Of a stretch of DNA of 64,000 nucleotides, positions 38,945 through 50,576 are shown piece by piece. Where the stretch lies: assembly GCA_038087875.1 (NCBI GenBank), contig CM075977.1, positions 47,430,001-47,494,000 of the forward strand, given 5' to 3'. The notes below the pieces were generated by a model, which had not been told where the DNA came from, did no database searches, and saw only the letters and a program-made list of their open reading frames with translations. Both the position numbers and the translations under genes were made by a program. The DNA is from Malacoraja senta (taxonomy: Eukaryota). How positions within the stretch are numbered: the first letter of the stretch is position 1; every line of letters begins with the position of its first letter.

Positions 38945-39048
38945 TGCAGGAAGGAACTGCAGATGTTAGTTTAAACCGAAGATCAACACAAAAAGCTGGA
39001 GTGATTCAGCGGCTCAGCGGTAAGTTACTCCAGCATTTTGTGTCTACC
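38945..39048. mobile_element. Inverted pair of Penelope terminal fragments
   Basis: acacaaaaagctggagtga...ttactccagcattttgtgt forms an imperfect palindrome of the Penelope 3' motif. Confidence 0.65.
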
Positions 39049-40638
39049 TACACTTGGTGATAGCTGTTTGCAGGAGAGTCGTGTGTTGGGTGCGGAGATC
39101 CAGCGCCGGTTGGGGGAAGACCTGATGGCCAGGCGCTCGCTCGCTCGCTCGCTTTAATTTATTCCATTGCTGGCGCGAACTCCGTCCCAATCGAGGGCGG
39201 ACCATCAACCCTGAGCAATGCACTGGTCCGATGTGCACACCCCCCCCCTCCCCCCTGCCATTCGCCCCCGGTATCTTTTGGATACCCAAGTGATACCGGT
39301 CGTTCCCATTCAAGTGGCATCTAATGCAAGGCGAAGGAGTTAACAGAAACGAGGTGACTCAAACTCGGGGAAGGATTTTTTTTCAGCGTCACGTTCCGCC
39401 TTGGTGACTGCTAATTACGGTGTAATTATCTCCAATTATTTTATTCCAGTGCAGACCAACGTTAAATAGTTGGTCCTATCTGTTACTAAGGAACGACTGC
39501 GTTGTTAGAGGTAGGTGGGGATCCCTCGCGTCTACTGCATCACAACTAATGTCTAACAGGTTTACACCCTGAGCCACAGTTTTCTCCCTGTGGTAAGAAT
39601 TACAGAATCAGCTTTTTGATCTAATGATATGCGACAGATTAATTGCCTGTCCGTGAGTTAGGGATTATTTAAACGGGTGTGTTATAAACGTGTTTAAAAA
39701 AAAAAATAGGGGATTCATTTCATCTACTAGGTCGCTGGAGCTGGAAGGAGTGAAACAGATTAGATCTTGCTACCAGCTATGTGATTAACCCCTGACTCTG
39801 CTGAATTCATCTTGGAGTAGTCTTTTAATAGGCTGTCGAGTAAATAATGCGAAGTGACACCATGACCAAATAAGACCATGACCAAATAAGATCAGGTAAG
39901 GATTATAAATGAGAGGAGCAACATAAAGAATCTTAAATTTAATGATGGGGATTAAATAAATGGCAATTCAATAAGAAAATAAGTATGTACAGCCTAGATG
40001 GAATATTAAGAGAACCCTTTCCAGTCACCCCGGTCCCGAGTTAATGCAGTCTGGCAAACGAGTTGACTTCAGTAAACGGTTAGGTGCCGATCTGCTGGAT
40101 AGCCCACGTTTCTATAGAATACAGGTCTGCATCCATCCGCTGTTTGAATCCAGCATTCCCCACTGAACGCTGCACTCCCCCCTGCGCCTCTTCGTGTTCG
40201 CTCACAGCCCGGAGGGGCACGCTGATCCAGCAAAGACTTGCAGCGTCCACCGAACCTAGGGGTCACACTGTAAGCCAAGGCGGGCATGGCACCTTCAAAC
40301 CGCTCGGGCTCGCAAGGTTGACGTGAATCGTACGTATTTATCTTTGCTCTCCAAAAGCACCATTCGACTATCCTGCAACGATTTGGAAGGAGTCTGCCTA
40401 CATCCCGCAGTAGCGGGTACTTTCAAAAGCACGCTTTAAGGTTTGCTGCACCGATTCTACCAGTATACCGTGTCATCTGCAACCAATCCCCATTAAAAGG
40501 TGTACATGTTGTCACATAGCCTCTTCGACTCCCCTCAGAATAGCCCTGCGCGCCGTATAAAGTGGGGATTACAAGCCCCTTTTGGAAGGGAGGAGAGAAA
40601 AACACACACACATACATAACTTGTGGGTATTTCCTTAC

Positions 40639-41100
40639 CTCAAAGTTTCTGAGCAAATATTTACACTCCCGGCGCAGTCACCAGTAAGCTCCGCGTACAT
40701 AACAAGATGACGACCACCATAGTTTGCGACTGGGATACCCACAGGCACACGTCGGCTGGAGCGAAAGGAAGTTTTTTTTTGTGGAGAGAAAAGAAAGAGG
40801 GTGGATATCAACGAAGCAGTGAGGGGAATTAATTTAAAAAAAACGTCCCTTCGATTAATCCGAAAGATGCAACAGATCAAGTGGCTGGGAGTTTAGATCC
40901 AAAGATGAAACGACTCCTCGCTGGTTCCCCGACTACAGAGATACTGCCTCTCGGTTCATCCTTGTGGTAAAGTGATGTTGGGAGGGGAGGCTGGAGGAGG
41001 GGGGGGGGGGAGTAGGAGGAGGAATTGGCGGTGAGGTTACAAAAGATCTGACAAAAGCGTCCTGGTCTCTTTCTGATTTCCCCACCTACTGAAGGCAGAG
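40639..41100 (-). other. ADGRB1: Probable non-coding upstream exon of ADGRB1 (5' boundary unknown)
   Basis: Strong donor TTTGAG|GTAAGG (GT at 40638-40637) within the CpG-rich block. I recall a non-coding exon 1 in vertebrate ADGRB1. Confidence 0.5.
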
Positions 41101-42424
41101 CGTTGTAGCGAGGAGCGCATTAGTTACGTCAGGCTCCCACCGCTTTCCTAGTCGCGCGTTGGAGGGGGAAAACTACCAAAGAAAAAAACCACACAGCCGA
41201 ATCGTGCATAGTGCCGATCTAGGCTCCCAGAACGAAGGACGAGCCCCTTGCCATCAGTCCGCACTGCATTATCCGCGCATCGTGACCCCGGGTTTCTTTT
41301 AAACTATCAATCCGCCTATCGTCACATCTATAAATCTTTGCTCTCTCCCCCAAATGGAAATGTATGTGCAACACATACAAGCAAATATCTGAGATCATTT
41401 ATATTCCAATTCCAGCGCAGTTCAAGACAATCATTGCCATTCACCGTCACGTTTGCGATTTGCATTTAATATTTGGTCGGTCTATCTGTTTCAGACACTT
41501 GGCTGATTGGCTTCCACCACTGGACTAAAATGAAGATGCTCTAGTTCTCCTTCTGGTTATAGGTTTTTTTTAAATTCATGTACAGTCAAAGGAGGATATG
41601 CAAAGGCAGCCTTAATGTCACTGCACAGTACAGTTCCCTTCAAAGCATCTTTATTAATAAAACAAAGATACGCCGCAGCAGGAATTTCCAAAGTGTCCGC
41701 AGTTGTCGACTCTGGGAATCCTCCATGTCATCTAACATGGCAACCAGCCGCTTATGGACACATCATCCATCCTTCAGGTAATTGTATGAAGCTAATAATT
41801 GTGTCAGGGGAAAAACAGTCTGCCCCTCACCCCTCCCATCTCCTTTTGCCACCCTCCCCCTCCCACTCCCTCACTCCCTTATTTTGCCGCCACCCCCCCC
41901 CCCCCCCCCCCCCCAAGTCAGAGCTATTTCTGCGGATATCACTATTTAAACACCCACTCAGCGGGAGCGGGGAATTTCCACTGAAACTGGCCACCAGTTT
42001 ACCTGCACCGCAGCAAAACAATCCTGGGCGCTCAACTCCATCATCCACTCGCATATGCACCGCTTCTATAAAGGGAAATTATAGTCGCCCTGCCTAATCT
42101 CAAGTGGAATACGAACACCAAGTTACTATGTTAGTCCGAATATCATTTTGGAATACTATAAGTGCACCAGCAAACTGGTTACCGTTCGCGAGCCAGCCCA
42201 GCAGACAACAAATATGACTCAAACCAACCTTATTTAATTGAGTTGGATTATTTGGAGGACTTGGTTGCTTTACACATCAGAGGTGGTTCCGAATGACGTG
42301 TAGAGATGTGGATGCGTCTCTTCCTTAAACACACAGCTGCTTCTCCGTCTTAATCTGAGGGTTCTAAATGAAAGCAAGAATACAATAGATAGTACCATTC
42401 AAATGCTTACAAAATCTCAACATG

Positions 42425-43480
42425 GTTTAGACTGATGGAGTTGTTCAGCATAGAAACGGGCCCTTTTGGCGCATCATGCCTATGCCGACCTTCATATCCA
42501 TCTATATTAATCCCACGCCTGCTCTAAGTGTGCATCCTGTGCTTTACCTACTTAAATACAGTCCCAATGTCTCTTGAATGTAGCAAATGTATCCACCATG
42601 TCCTCTGGCAGCGAATTCGAGATACCGAGTATTCTCTGTGCAAAATAGCTTCCCCCTTAACTCCTCTTTAGAATTCTTTCCTCTGTGGCTTCTTATTGTT
42701 GATACACCTCCGATGGAAAAATAGTTCTATCTCCCCTTATCTATGCCTCTTATAATTACATATACCTCTATCAGTTCACCCATTCAATTCAGGAAAAACC
42801 CCATCCTGTCCAGTCCCTACCCATAACTTAGATCCCACCGTCCGGGCAACATCCTGGTGGATCTCCTCTGCACTCTCTCCAGCCTAACTCCATCCTACAA
42901 CGTGTAAACTAGAACCGCATGCAATATTCCAAGTGAGGTCCAAACAGCGTTTTGTAAATTTCCAACATAACGTCTCAACCTGTATTCCTTTCCCGACCCG
43001 TGAAGGCAAACAAACCACGCTATTTACCCGTGTTGCCACTTTCAGGAAACTATGGACTTCAACGCCAAAGTTCCTCTGTTCATCAAACATGTCTCTTTGA
43101 CTTTCCAAAATGCATCACCTTTCACTTAATATATAGGAAAGAACTGCATGTCTCTTTGACTTTCCAAAATGCATCACCTTTCACTTAATATATAGGAAAG
43201 AACTGCATTTGCCAGGTTTATATTTAATCTGCCAATACTCCGTCCAACTTCCCATCTGATCTAAATCGTGCTTTATCCAAAGATACCTTCCACGCTATCC
43301 ACATCACCATCAATTTACGTGTAGTCGCAAACGTACTAGTGAAAACTCCCACAGTCGCATCCAAGTCCTTAATGCCCCAAACAATAGTGGTCCCAGCAAC
43401 GATCCTAGCGCTGCACCGCTGGTCACAGGCGTTCAATCACAAAACAATTGTTTTCATCGACAATTGGATAGTTCTGCACA
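42425..43480 (-). mobile_element. Old CR1 LINE 3' fragment
   Basis: Degenerate ORF2 (IKDLDATVGVFTSTFA, RNFGVEVHSFLKVATRV) and 3' UTR. Confidence 0.75.
43088..43208. repeat. Perfect 59-bp tandem duplication
   Basis: 43088-43146 is identical to 43147-43205, with CAT microhomology. Confidence 0.9.
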
Positions 43481-45569
43481 ATAAACAAAAACATCTTGGA
43501 AACTGACAAAATGTTTCCCAACCAGGAACCTTTAACTTGCTTGTTCCACCCCAGAGACTTCAGCTCTTTAGTACCTACAAAACTTGCAGATTAATTTTGA
43601 ATGTCCAGCCACCAGAGTATTTTGCGTTTGTATATTTTACAGAGAGGAGGAGCCGCTGCAACCAATGCGCATTTAACATTTTTTTAGTTTCATGACCAGA
43701 TATCTGCTTACGTTATATTCAGAAATGGATGTGAGCCAAGATGTCAGCAAGAGGGTGAATCGTGAAGTTTTCTTAAAGCGGCAACAATATGGTATAAACT
43801 ATATCAGTCAAGTAATACCCCAAAAATGTCAAGTTTATTATTTAAACCCTAACCTATCTTTCTCGGGGGTCAATTGCGCAATTCCAGTCTCCCATTTAGA
43901 TTCTGCCATTTCACTTACCTCACAGAAGGTTCTCTGTTCTGTATTCCACCAAATCGTGCCAAACCACGCCGTTTAAACACAATGCCAGTGCTTCTCATGT
44001 CCCCTCTCGCAAAATCCCATGGGTTGCCCTCGCGCTTCTTCCAATGCTTTTAAAATCCACTCTTTCTCGTCCAGACCAAGATCCAGAGTCTGGATTCCAG
44101 ACTGCTATTCAAAATTCACCCCGGCAAGCGCTTGGAGCTTCCAGTACAGACGGATACTTTTTTTTTAGAAGAATCTTTGTTATTGACATATCCATTACAG
44201 TATATTTTTTTAAAAATGTTGCGAATGCTCCCAACTTTTCCCTGAAGAGTTAGGACGTCTCTTGGATTGTTGGATCAATACATTCTGCAGAAGTTATTAC
44301 CGAAGAAGGGCCTGAAATTGAAATCCTTCTGTAGCTCGCTGCTGAAAGGTCTCGAGAAAGTTGCTTCAATATTGTGTTGTTTTCACTCTTAAAATGAAAC
44401 CGTGAGTTCGGTGGAACGACATTTCTGCCGTCTCGTGTTCTTTTACTCTTAGAAATGGATTCCTCGCCTGTTTTGTCCCGTCTCTTTGGGTGGCTAGCAT
44501 TTAACCTTGCAAGAGAACGCAATTGAATCGTTCTAGTTTGTGATTCATTTACTCCTCGCGGAACAAGGCGCAGAATTCAAAGGAAGGAATTAATTTTTTT
44601 TTTAAACGTGCCAAAATATTTATCTTCAGTTCCTCCCAGGGTTTCTGCTCGACGTGGAAACAGGCCAGTTATATCACAATTGATACAATGAGACGCTGCT
44701 CTTAGTTCTTTGAACGCTTAGACTTAAAGCATAATAACACAGCTTTAAGATATTAACCACTGGCTGTTCTAATCATTATTATACATTTCCCCAGATCATC
44801 AATCCACTAAACATGCAATCTCGGGAAAGTTCCCCAACTATCCCTTTGTAGTTAATCCTAACTTCTTCCCAGAAGGTGTAAATATGGTTTCAATTGTTTC
44901 TTTGTTGTCACGTGTACCAGGTACAATGAAATACATGTTTTGCATGCAGATCAGCAAAACTATCCCTGTTCATAACCGCAATCACCTCGGTGAGTACAGT
45001 ATGCACAGAAAAGCCCACTGAGTCCATATGCAAGAGGCTCAATTTTGATACCATTTTACAAAGGCCCATCACAGCCGATGCCTCCATTTTGGTCTGGTCC
45101 CTCTCCATGCCTGGCCCTCTTCAGCCCTCGTTCCCCCCTTTGGCTCATATTAGCATGTTCCAGTAATAACAAATGTATTTCCACATTTAGTTTATATTCT
45201 ACCCCTTGGCCCAGTTTCTGTCCATACTCTCCCTTTCCTTAATACCTTCTAATGCGATTTTGGCTTCTCATTCTCTAATTGTGTAGAATCTTTTACTACA
45301 GTCTCTGTCAGACAGTTTTCTAACCATCTCCCATCCCTCGTTGGCTGAGCCTTTTCTAATACTGGCACTGAACACTGCTGATGTTGGAAACATAAATATA
45401 AGTACGAAGTGCTGAAAGTATTCGGCTGACCAGTCACATTCTGTAGAGAGGGTAACAATCTCACTATTTTTACTCATTTAGGTAAACTTTTGTATGACTC
45501 TGCCCATTGAAATTGTCTCCATGATTGGTGTATCGACTGCTTCCTTTACTCTCTGAGTAGTTAACTTTT

Positions 45570-45872
45570 ATTGATTGAAAGATACAGCATGGAAACAGAC
45601 CCTTCAGCCCACTGGGTCCACGTCAACCGTTCACACAAGTTATGTTATTCCATTTTCGCATCCACTCCCTACACACAAGGGGCAATTTTCAGAAGCCAAT
45701 TAATCTACAGACTCGTACGTCATTGGGATATAGAAGGAAACCAGAGCACCCGGAGGAAATCCATGCAGTCACAGAGAGAAAATGCAAACTTCACATACAC
45801 TGCACCCGAGGTCAGGATCAAACCTATGTCTCGGGCAATGAGAGGCAGCAGCTCTACCAGCTGTGCCACCCT
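45570..45872 (-). mobile_element. HE1-like V-SINE with (TCAA)n tail
   Basis: Head gggtggcacagctggtagagctgctgcc on the minus strand; V-domain. Confidence 0.8.
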
Positions 45873-46270
45873 TTATGATATTTATTCATTCATTGTTAAT
45901 GATTAAAGATATCCACTTGAACTGTAACCCATCTTTACTCACTAGACCCATGCTGAATGACAAAGCTTGCTGTTAAAAACAGAATTATTTATGAATATTG
46001 GAAATACTAAAAACACAAGTTAGAAGCTCTTAACCAACGGCAAAAACAAAATTAACTAATACCTTCCTTGCAACAATTCCCATTCTTTGAAATTGATGTA
46101 GAAATGATTCCTGCATCCAATACAACCTGGTGCAGGTTCTTTGAATGAACACCTCATGGTAAATGTTGGAGAATAACGGCATCTTCAAACTCTCACAAAA
46201 CCTCTTAAGGAGTCCATGGTGAAGAAGACTTCTGTGAAAAATTCTGCAACCAGCCTAATATAACTTTGAA

Positions 46271-46370
46271 GAAGGTCTGAAGAAGGGTTTCGGCCCGAAA
46301 CGTTGCCTATTTCCTTCGCTCCATAGATGCTGCTGCACCCGCTGAGTTTCTCCAGCATTTTTGTGTACCT
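46271..46370 (+). mobile_element. 100-bp Penelope-derived insertion
   Basis: TSD (CCT)AATATAACTTTGAA at 46257-46270 and 46371-46384; consists only of the hammerhead motif plus a downstream stem-loop. Confidence 0.85.
46273..46308 (+). ncRNA. Minimal type-I hammerhead ribozyme motif (Penelope type)
   Basis: Stem I AGGU/GCCU; core CUGAAGA plus an extra A; stem II GGGU-UUCG-GCCC; GAAA; loopless palindromic stem III (AACGUU); predicted cleavage after GUU at 46304. Confidence 0.75.
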
Positions 46371-46504
46371 AATATAACTTTGAAATCTGTTTGCATAGAG
46401 ATCCAAAGTTGCTTCTAGTTATGTGGGAAATGTTGGCAGTTGCTCAAAGAATTGCTGACATTTTCTTAAAACATCCAGGCAATTAAATTCCAGAGTGATA
46501 TTTC

Positions 46505-46730
46505 ACAGGGGAGTTATCCCTGGCGTCCTGGCAATATTTATTCCTCAATCAACATCATTTAAAAATAAATTATCTGATCATTATCACATTGCTGTTTGTG
46601 AGAGCATGCTGCGTGCAAAATGACTACTGGGTTTCCGACATTGTGACAGTGATGACATCTGAACAGTACTTTTTTTGTTGTAAAAAGTTTGGGTTGTCTA
46701 GAGAGTGACATGAAAGATGCCACATGGAGG
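46505..46730 (+). mobile_element. Deu-domain SINE 3' half (AmnSINE1/SacSINE1-like)
   Basis: ggggagttatccctggcgtcctggcaatatttattcctcaatcaacatca..ttatctgatcattatcacattgctgtttgtg..gtgcaaaatg; recognised from memory of the consensus. Confidence 0.7.
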
Positions 46731-47924
46731 GAAAACAGGTTAAAAATCAAACCCCGTGACCAGCCAAGTAATTATTTATCCGTTGTCTTTCTTCATCTTC
46801 CAAAGTTTTGCATATTTGTTTTTCTCTTTATCATTTGTCTCATGTCAGGTAACTAATTAATGTAGGATCAAAGGCTTTTGCTCTTGTGAATTGCTTTTAA
46901 AAATATTGATGCATAAAGACTCCCTACTAAACTTGTTACAAAAATGTTACTAAACTTGTTATAAAATGACAACATAAGATCCTTACTTGCTAGAAAGTAG
47001 CAATGTGATATACCTCACTGGAGGTTTGTCTACACCACTGGCCTCATACTGTTTGGTGTAGCTGAAAGGAAATTAGGTCTCTCCAAAAAAACCCTAAGCT
47101 CTGCTGGATTTCATGCTTATAAATTTCCTACAATGTCTTATTAATGTTCTGAAAAAGTGGATCTTGTCACCTGCAGTCTTAAATATCAGTAATGCACCAT
47201 TGAGTTGCACTCTGCTTTGCACATCTATTATAATGCATTGCTTTCCTCTTCAGCAGAATATGATTCCTTGGTAGACCATGCAGCAGAGGACTTGCCAGTT
47301 GCAATGTTCACAGCACACATCTTGACTCCAGGCTTTCAATGTGTCATTAGAAGTGAAAACAAAAAAAACAAGCTGGAAACTCTCAGCAGTCAGGCAGAAT
47401 CAGTGGAGAGACAAACAAAGAGAGTTAATATTTCAGGACTGAACTGAGACATTAATTACATTTATCTTTCCATAAGGTACTGCCTGACTTTCTAAGTATT
47501 ACTTTATTTCTTACTATCCAGCATCTGCCATATTTTGCATTTGAATTACACCATTATTAAATCATCATTAAAATCAAGACGCCTGTTTTGCTATTGTATC
47601 TTAGATTGTTTCCTTAGTGGCAGTAATCTACGTACGACTCAACACCCTGCAGTGTGACCGACTCATTTTTCACCACGTCTGAACTGGCTCAGCAAGTTAT
47701 TTCAATTGGATAAGAAATTATCTTAAACAAATACATGTATCAACCTTGGTCCCAAACACCACAAAGTTAATTCGACTTTGTAAAATCTCCTTCATCATTC
47801 TCTGGGAACTAACTCCAAAAACCTGACTTAATCATATGGTATCGTACTTTTCTGCCTACAACTCAGTCTCCTCCATATTCTTGCCATGTCCTACTCCATC
47901 TGCAGAATAGGTCCACCCTTCACG

Positions 47925-48800
47925 TTGTCGCAGAAAAGCAGCTAACATAATCAAAGACTTGTCCCACCCTGGTCATTCCTTCTTCTCCCCGCTCCCATCC
48001 AAGAAGGTACAGAAGCTTGAAAACGCACATCACCAAACTTAGGAGCAGTTTCTCCCCCTCTGTCACCAGGCAACTCTATGGTCCTTCAATAAGCTAGTAC
48101 TGTCCGATTCACCTCTACCCCACAAAGGACATTGGACTTTATGTGCTACAATGCTGAGAATTATGTTCTGCACTCTGTAACTTCCCCAATATCTATGTAT
48201 TGTACTTGAGTTTAGCTTGATTGTATTTATGTATGGAATATCTGAACTGATTGGATACCATGCCAAACAAGGCTTTTTACTGTACCTCGGTACACATGAC
48301 AATAATGAAATGAAATGAAAATGAAATGAAAATGAAATGAAAATGAAATGAAAATGAAATGAAAATGAAATGAAAATGAAATGAAAATGAAATAAAATGA
48401 AATAAAATGAAATGAAAATGAAATGAAAATGAAATGAAATGCCTTTATTTGTTGTTGTAAGCACTGCAGACAACGAAATTGTTGTTGCCACTCCATTGGT
48501 GCATAATATACAAACATAAAAACACAGGACACAATTTAAAAACAATGTTAAAAACTAGGTATCAAGATAAGTAAGTAAGCAGTGCTGTACATGGTGATAG
48601 TAAAAGTTCAAGGTGGGTAGCAGCATGGAAGAGTGCAGCATGAATAATACTCAGTGTTTTTTCATATTGAGTGTGAAGATTGCTTTGGGGAAGAAACTGT
48701 CTCTGAGTCTGGAGGTGCGTGTTTTGGCTGACCTGTAACACCTGCCAGAGGGCAACAGTTCAAAAAGGTGGTGAACCTATCCTATAAACCTAAACCTATA
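47925..48800 (+). mobile_element. Rex/Babar-like LINE 3' end whose tail is interrupted by a minus-strand LINE 3' fragment (about 48305-48772)
   Basis: ORF end ..gagcagtttctccccctctgtc.., 3' motif ctgtacctcggtacacatgacaataa; the (AAACCT)n tail resumes at about 48773. Confidence 0.6.
48305..48441. repeat. (TGAAA TGAAAA)n microsatellite, the expanded tail of the minus-strand LINE fragment
   Basis: Follows AATAAAGGC on the minus strand. Confidence 0.9.
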
Positions 48801-49329
48801 TTCAGGAGGCATAGCTCTAAAAATCCTTGACGACCTAATATCAAATATGGATAAAAAAACTTATTGCTGATTACAACCAACTGCTTTCCCTCAGATGATA
48901 AATAAATTCTCCTCTAATTTGAATTGGAGAAAAAGTTGGAGAAAGTAATGAAAGCAGCAAATGCATGAAAAGTACTTTGGTTGTGGAATTTTAAGGTCAC
49001 AATCTGAAATAGGTCAGTGGCATCAACGTCGACCAAGCTGGATTAGCTCTGGAAACCATAGCTACCAAACTGGAACAACAATTGGTACTGAGAGATCCAA
49101 CACAAGGAAAAATCTACTTGGCTTTATCCTTACCAAAGACAAGGATAAATATCTAGTAGAGGTACAACTATACAAGTAACTATACCTACTTGTATAGTTG
49201 CACCTCTACTAGACTGCACACAAGGCATGCAGTCCTTGAGGAAATAAAATTCCACTCCAAGGAATCCAGATAAAATAGGACAAGAATCAGAACAGATCAT
49301 ACAATTTAGTTTAACTTTTATGTTTACTT

Positions 49330-49603
49330 CCATCAGTGTGGAAACATGTCCTTCGGCCCACAGAGTCCACACTGACCAGCGATCACCAGTACATTAGTTC
49401 TATCCAACACACGAGAGATAATTTACAGAAGCTAAGTGACTTACCTGTACCTCTTTGGAATTTGTGAGGAAACCAGAGCATGCTGAGAAAGCCTAAGCAG
49501 TTACAGGGAGATTGTACAAACTCTGTACAGACAGCAACCTTGGTCAGGATCAAGCACAGGTCTCTGGCGCTATAAGGCAGCAACTCTACCACTGTGCTGC
49601 CTG
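49330..49603 (-). mobile_element. HE1-like V-SINE
   Basis: Head gcaggcagcacagtggtagagttgctgcc on the minus strand; V-domain. Confidence 0.75.
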
Positions 49604-50524
49604 CAAGCAAAAAAAGTTGTACACCACTGCAATTTAACCTCATTTCCCAGCACATCCCTTTTATCATTTCCATCAAACCAAATGATTATGTTGTGGAGAA
49701 ACATGGATGAGAATGCCAGGAGGAGCATTGGTCACACGTTAAAGTGAAATGCCAACATGTTGATTTTACAACTCCATGCATGCTAATCAGAAGCAGCAGA
49801 TGGCATTAACAGAGCAAAGCAATCTCACAAGCGAAAGATCAGATCAGAGTGATAGTGTGTAATTCAACAATTAACGGGAAGAAGACTTATCCCACTTTCA
49901 GACAGAAATGTAAAAGAGATAATCCATTTTATCATTTTACGAAGAACCAATTTCCCATAAGGCGATATGCGGTTAATTCAGTGGGCTTGATATGAGAAGC
50001 CAATTCAGTTCCATTCACCCCCTTCCCTTTACCTCTTTCTGCCAGCCATCCTTTTTCTACTCCATCAGCCCAAACCCAAAATGTTATCTGTCCTTTTCCT
50101 TCCACATATGTTGCCTGCCCTGCTGAGTTCACCCAGAACTTTAGTGTTTCTAAAAAAATAATTCCGTCTTCTGATAATCAAGTCTACATAACTCACAATT
50201 CCACAGGCCGAGTTGATAAGCAAGATTGAAACTGATAGGGTCATTTTGGTCAGTGGAGACACAATGGATCGACTGACCTTGCTCTATGTCATCCATTTCT
50301 GGGATTCTATTCTCAGAAAATTAGGCCGAATGCAATCGATGCAGCCATGGTTATGGGTCGTGATGACTTACCAGTCATGGTGCTGAACTATTTCAAGGGC
50401 TGCTGAGGCCTTAAGCTAAGCTTTTCCAGGGAGTTCTAGGACCTTTATCTACCTTACATTTCAGAAAATTTCCCCTTCAAAGTAGACCAAATGCAATGCA
50501 AGCAACAATAGTCCTTTACCACCT

Positions 50525-50576
50525 GGTGGCACTTCGATGGCTGCCTCGCCCACAGTTTGTCTGTCCTTTTCGTCTT
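50525..50576 (+). mobile_element. 5' head of modular retroposon copy 4 (remainder at 60215-60915)
   Basis: ggtggcacttcgatggctgcctcgcc matches the 5' end of 8717-9374; ends in the left TSD of the L1. Confidence 0.75.

Larger units (their letters stand above)
38100..42200. promoter_or_regulatory. CpG-rich promoter/first-intron region of ADGRB1
   Basis: Visibly high CpG density at moderate GC; G/C tracts; CRE-like TTACGTCA at 41124-41131; lies upstream of the coding exon. Confidence 0.6.

Noticed and set aside
39861-39892. Small tandem duplications (16 bp here; also about 35440, 46927, 53685)
   Set aside because: Ordinary slippage events with no further pattern; the one near 53685 simply frameshifts the DIRS RT.
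48063-48545. Phe/His/Ile-rich ORFs
   Set aside because: Translation of a microsatellite.
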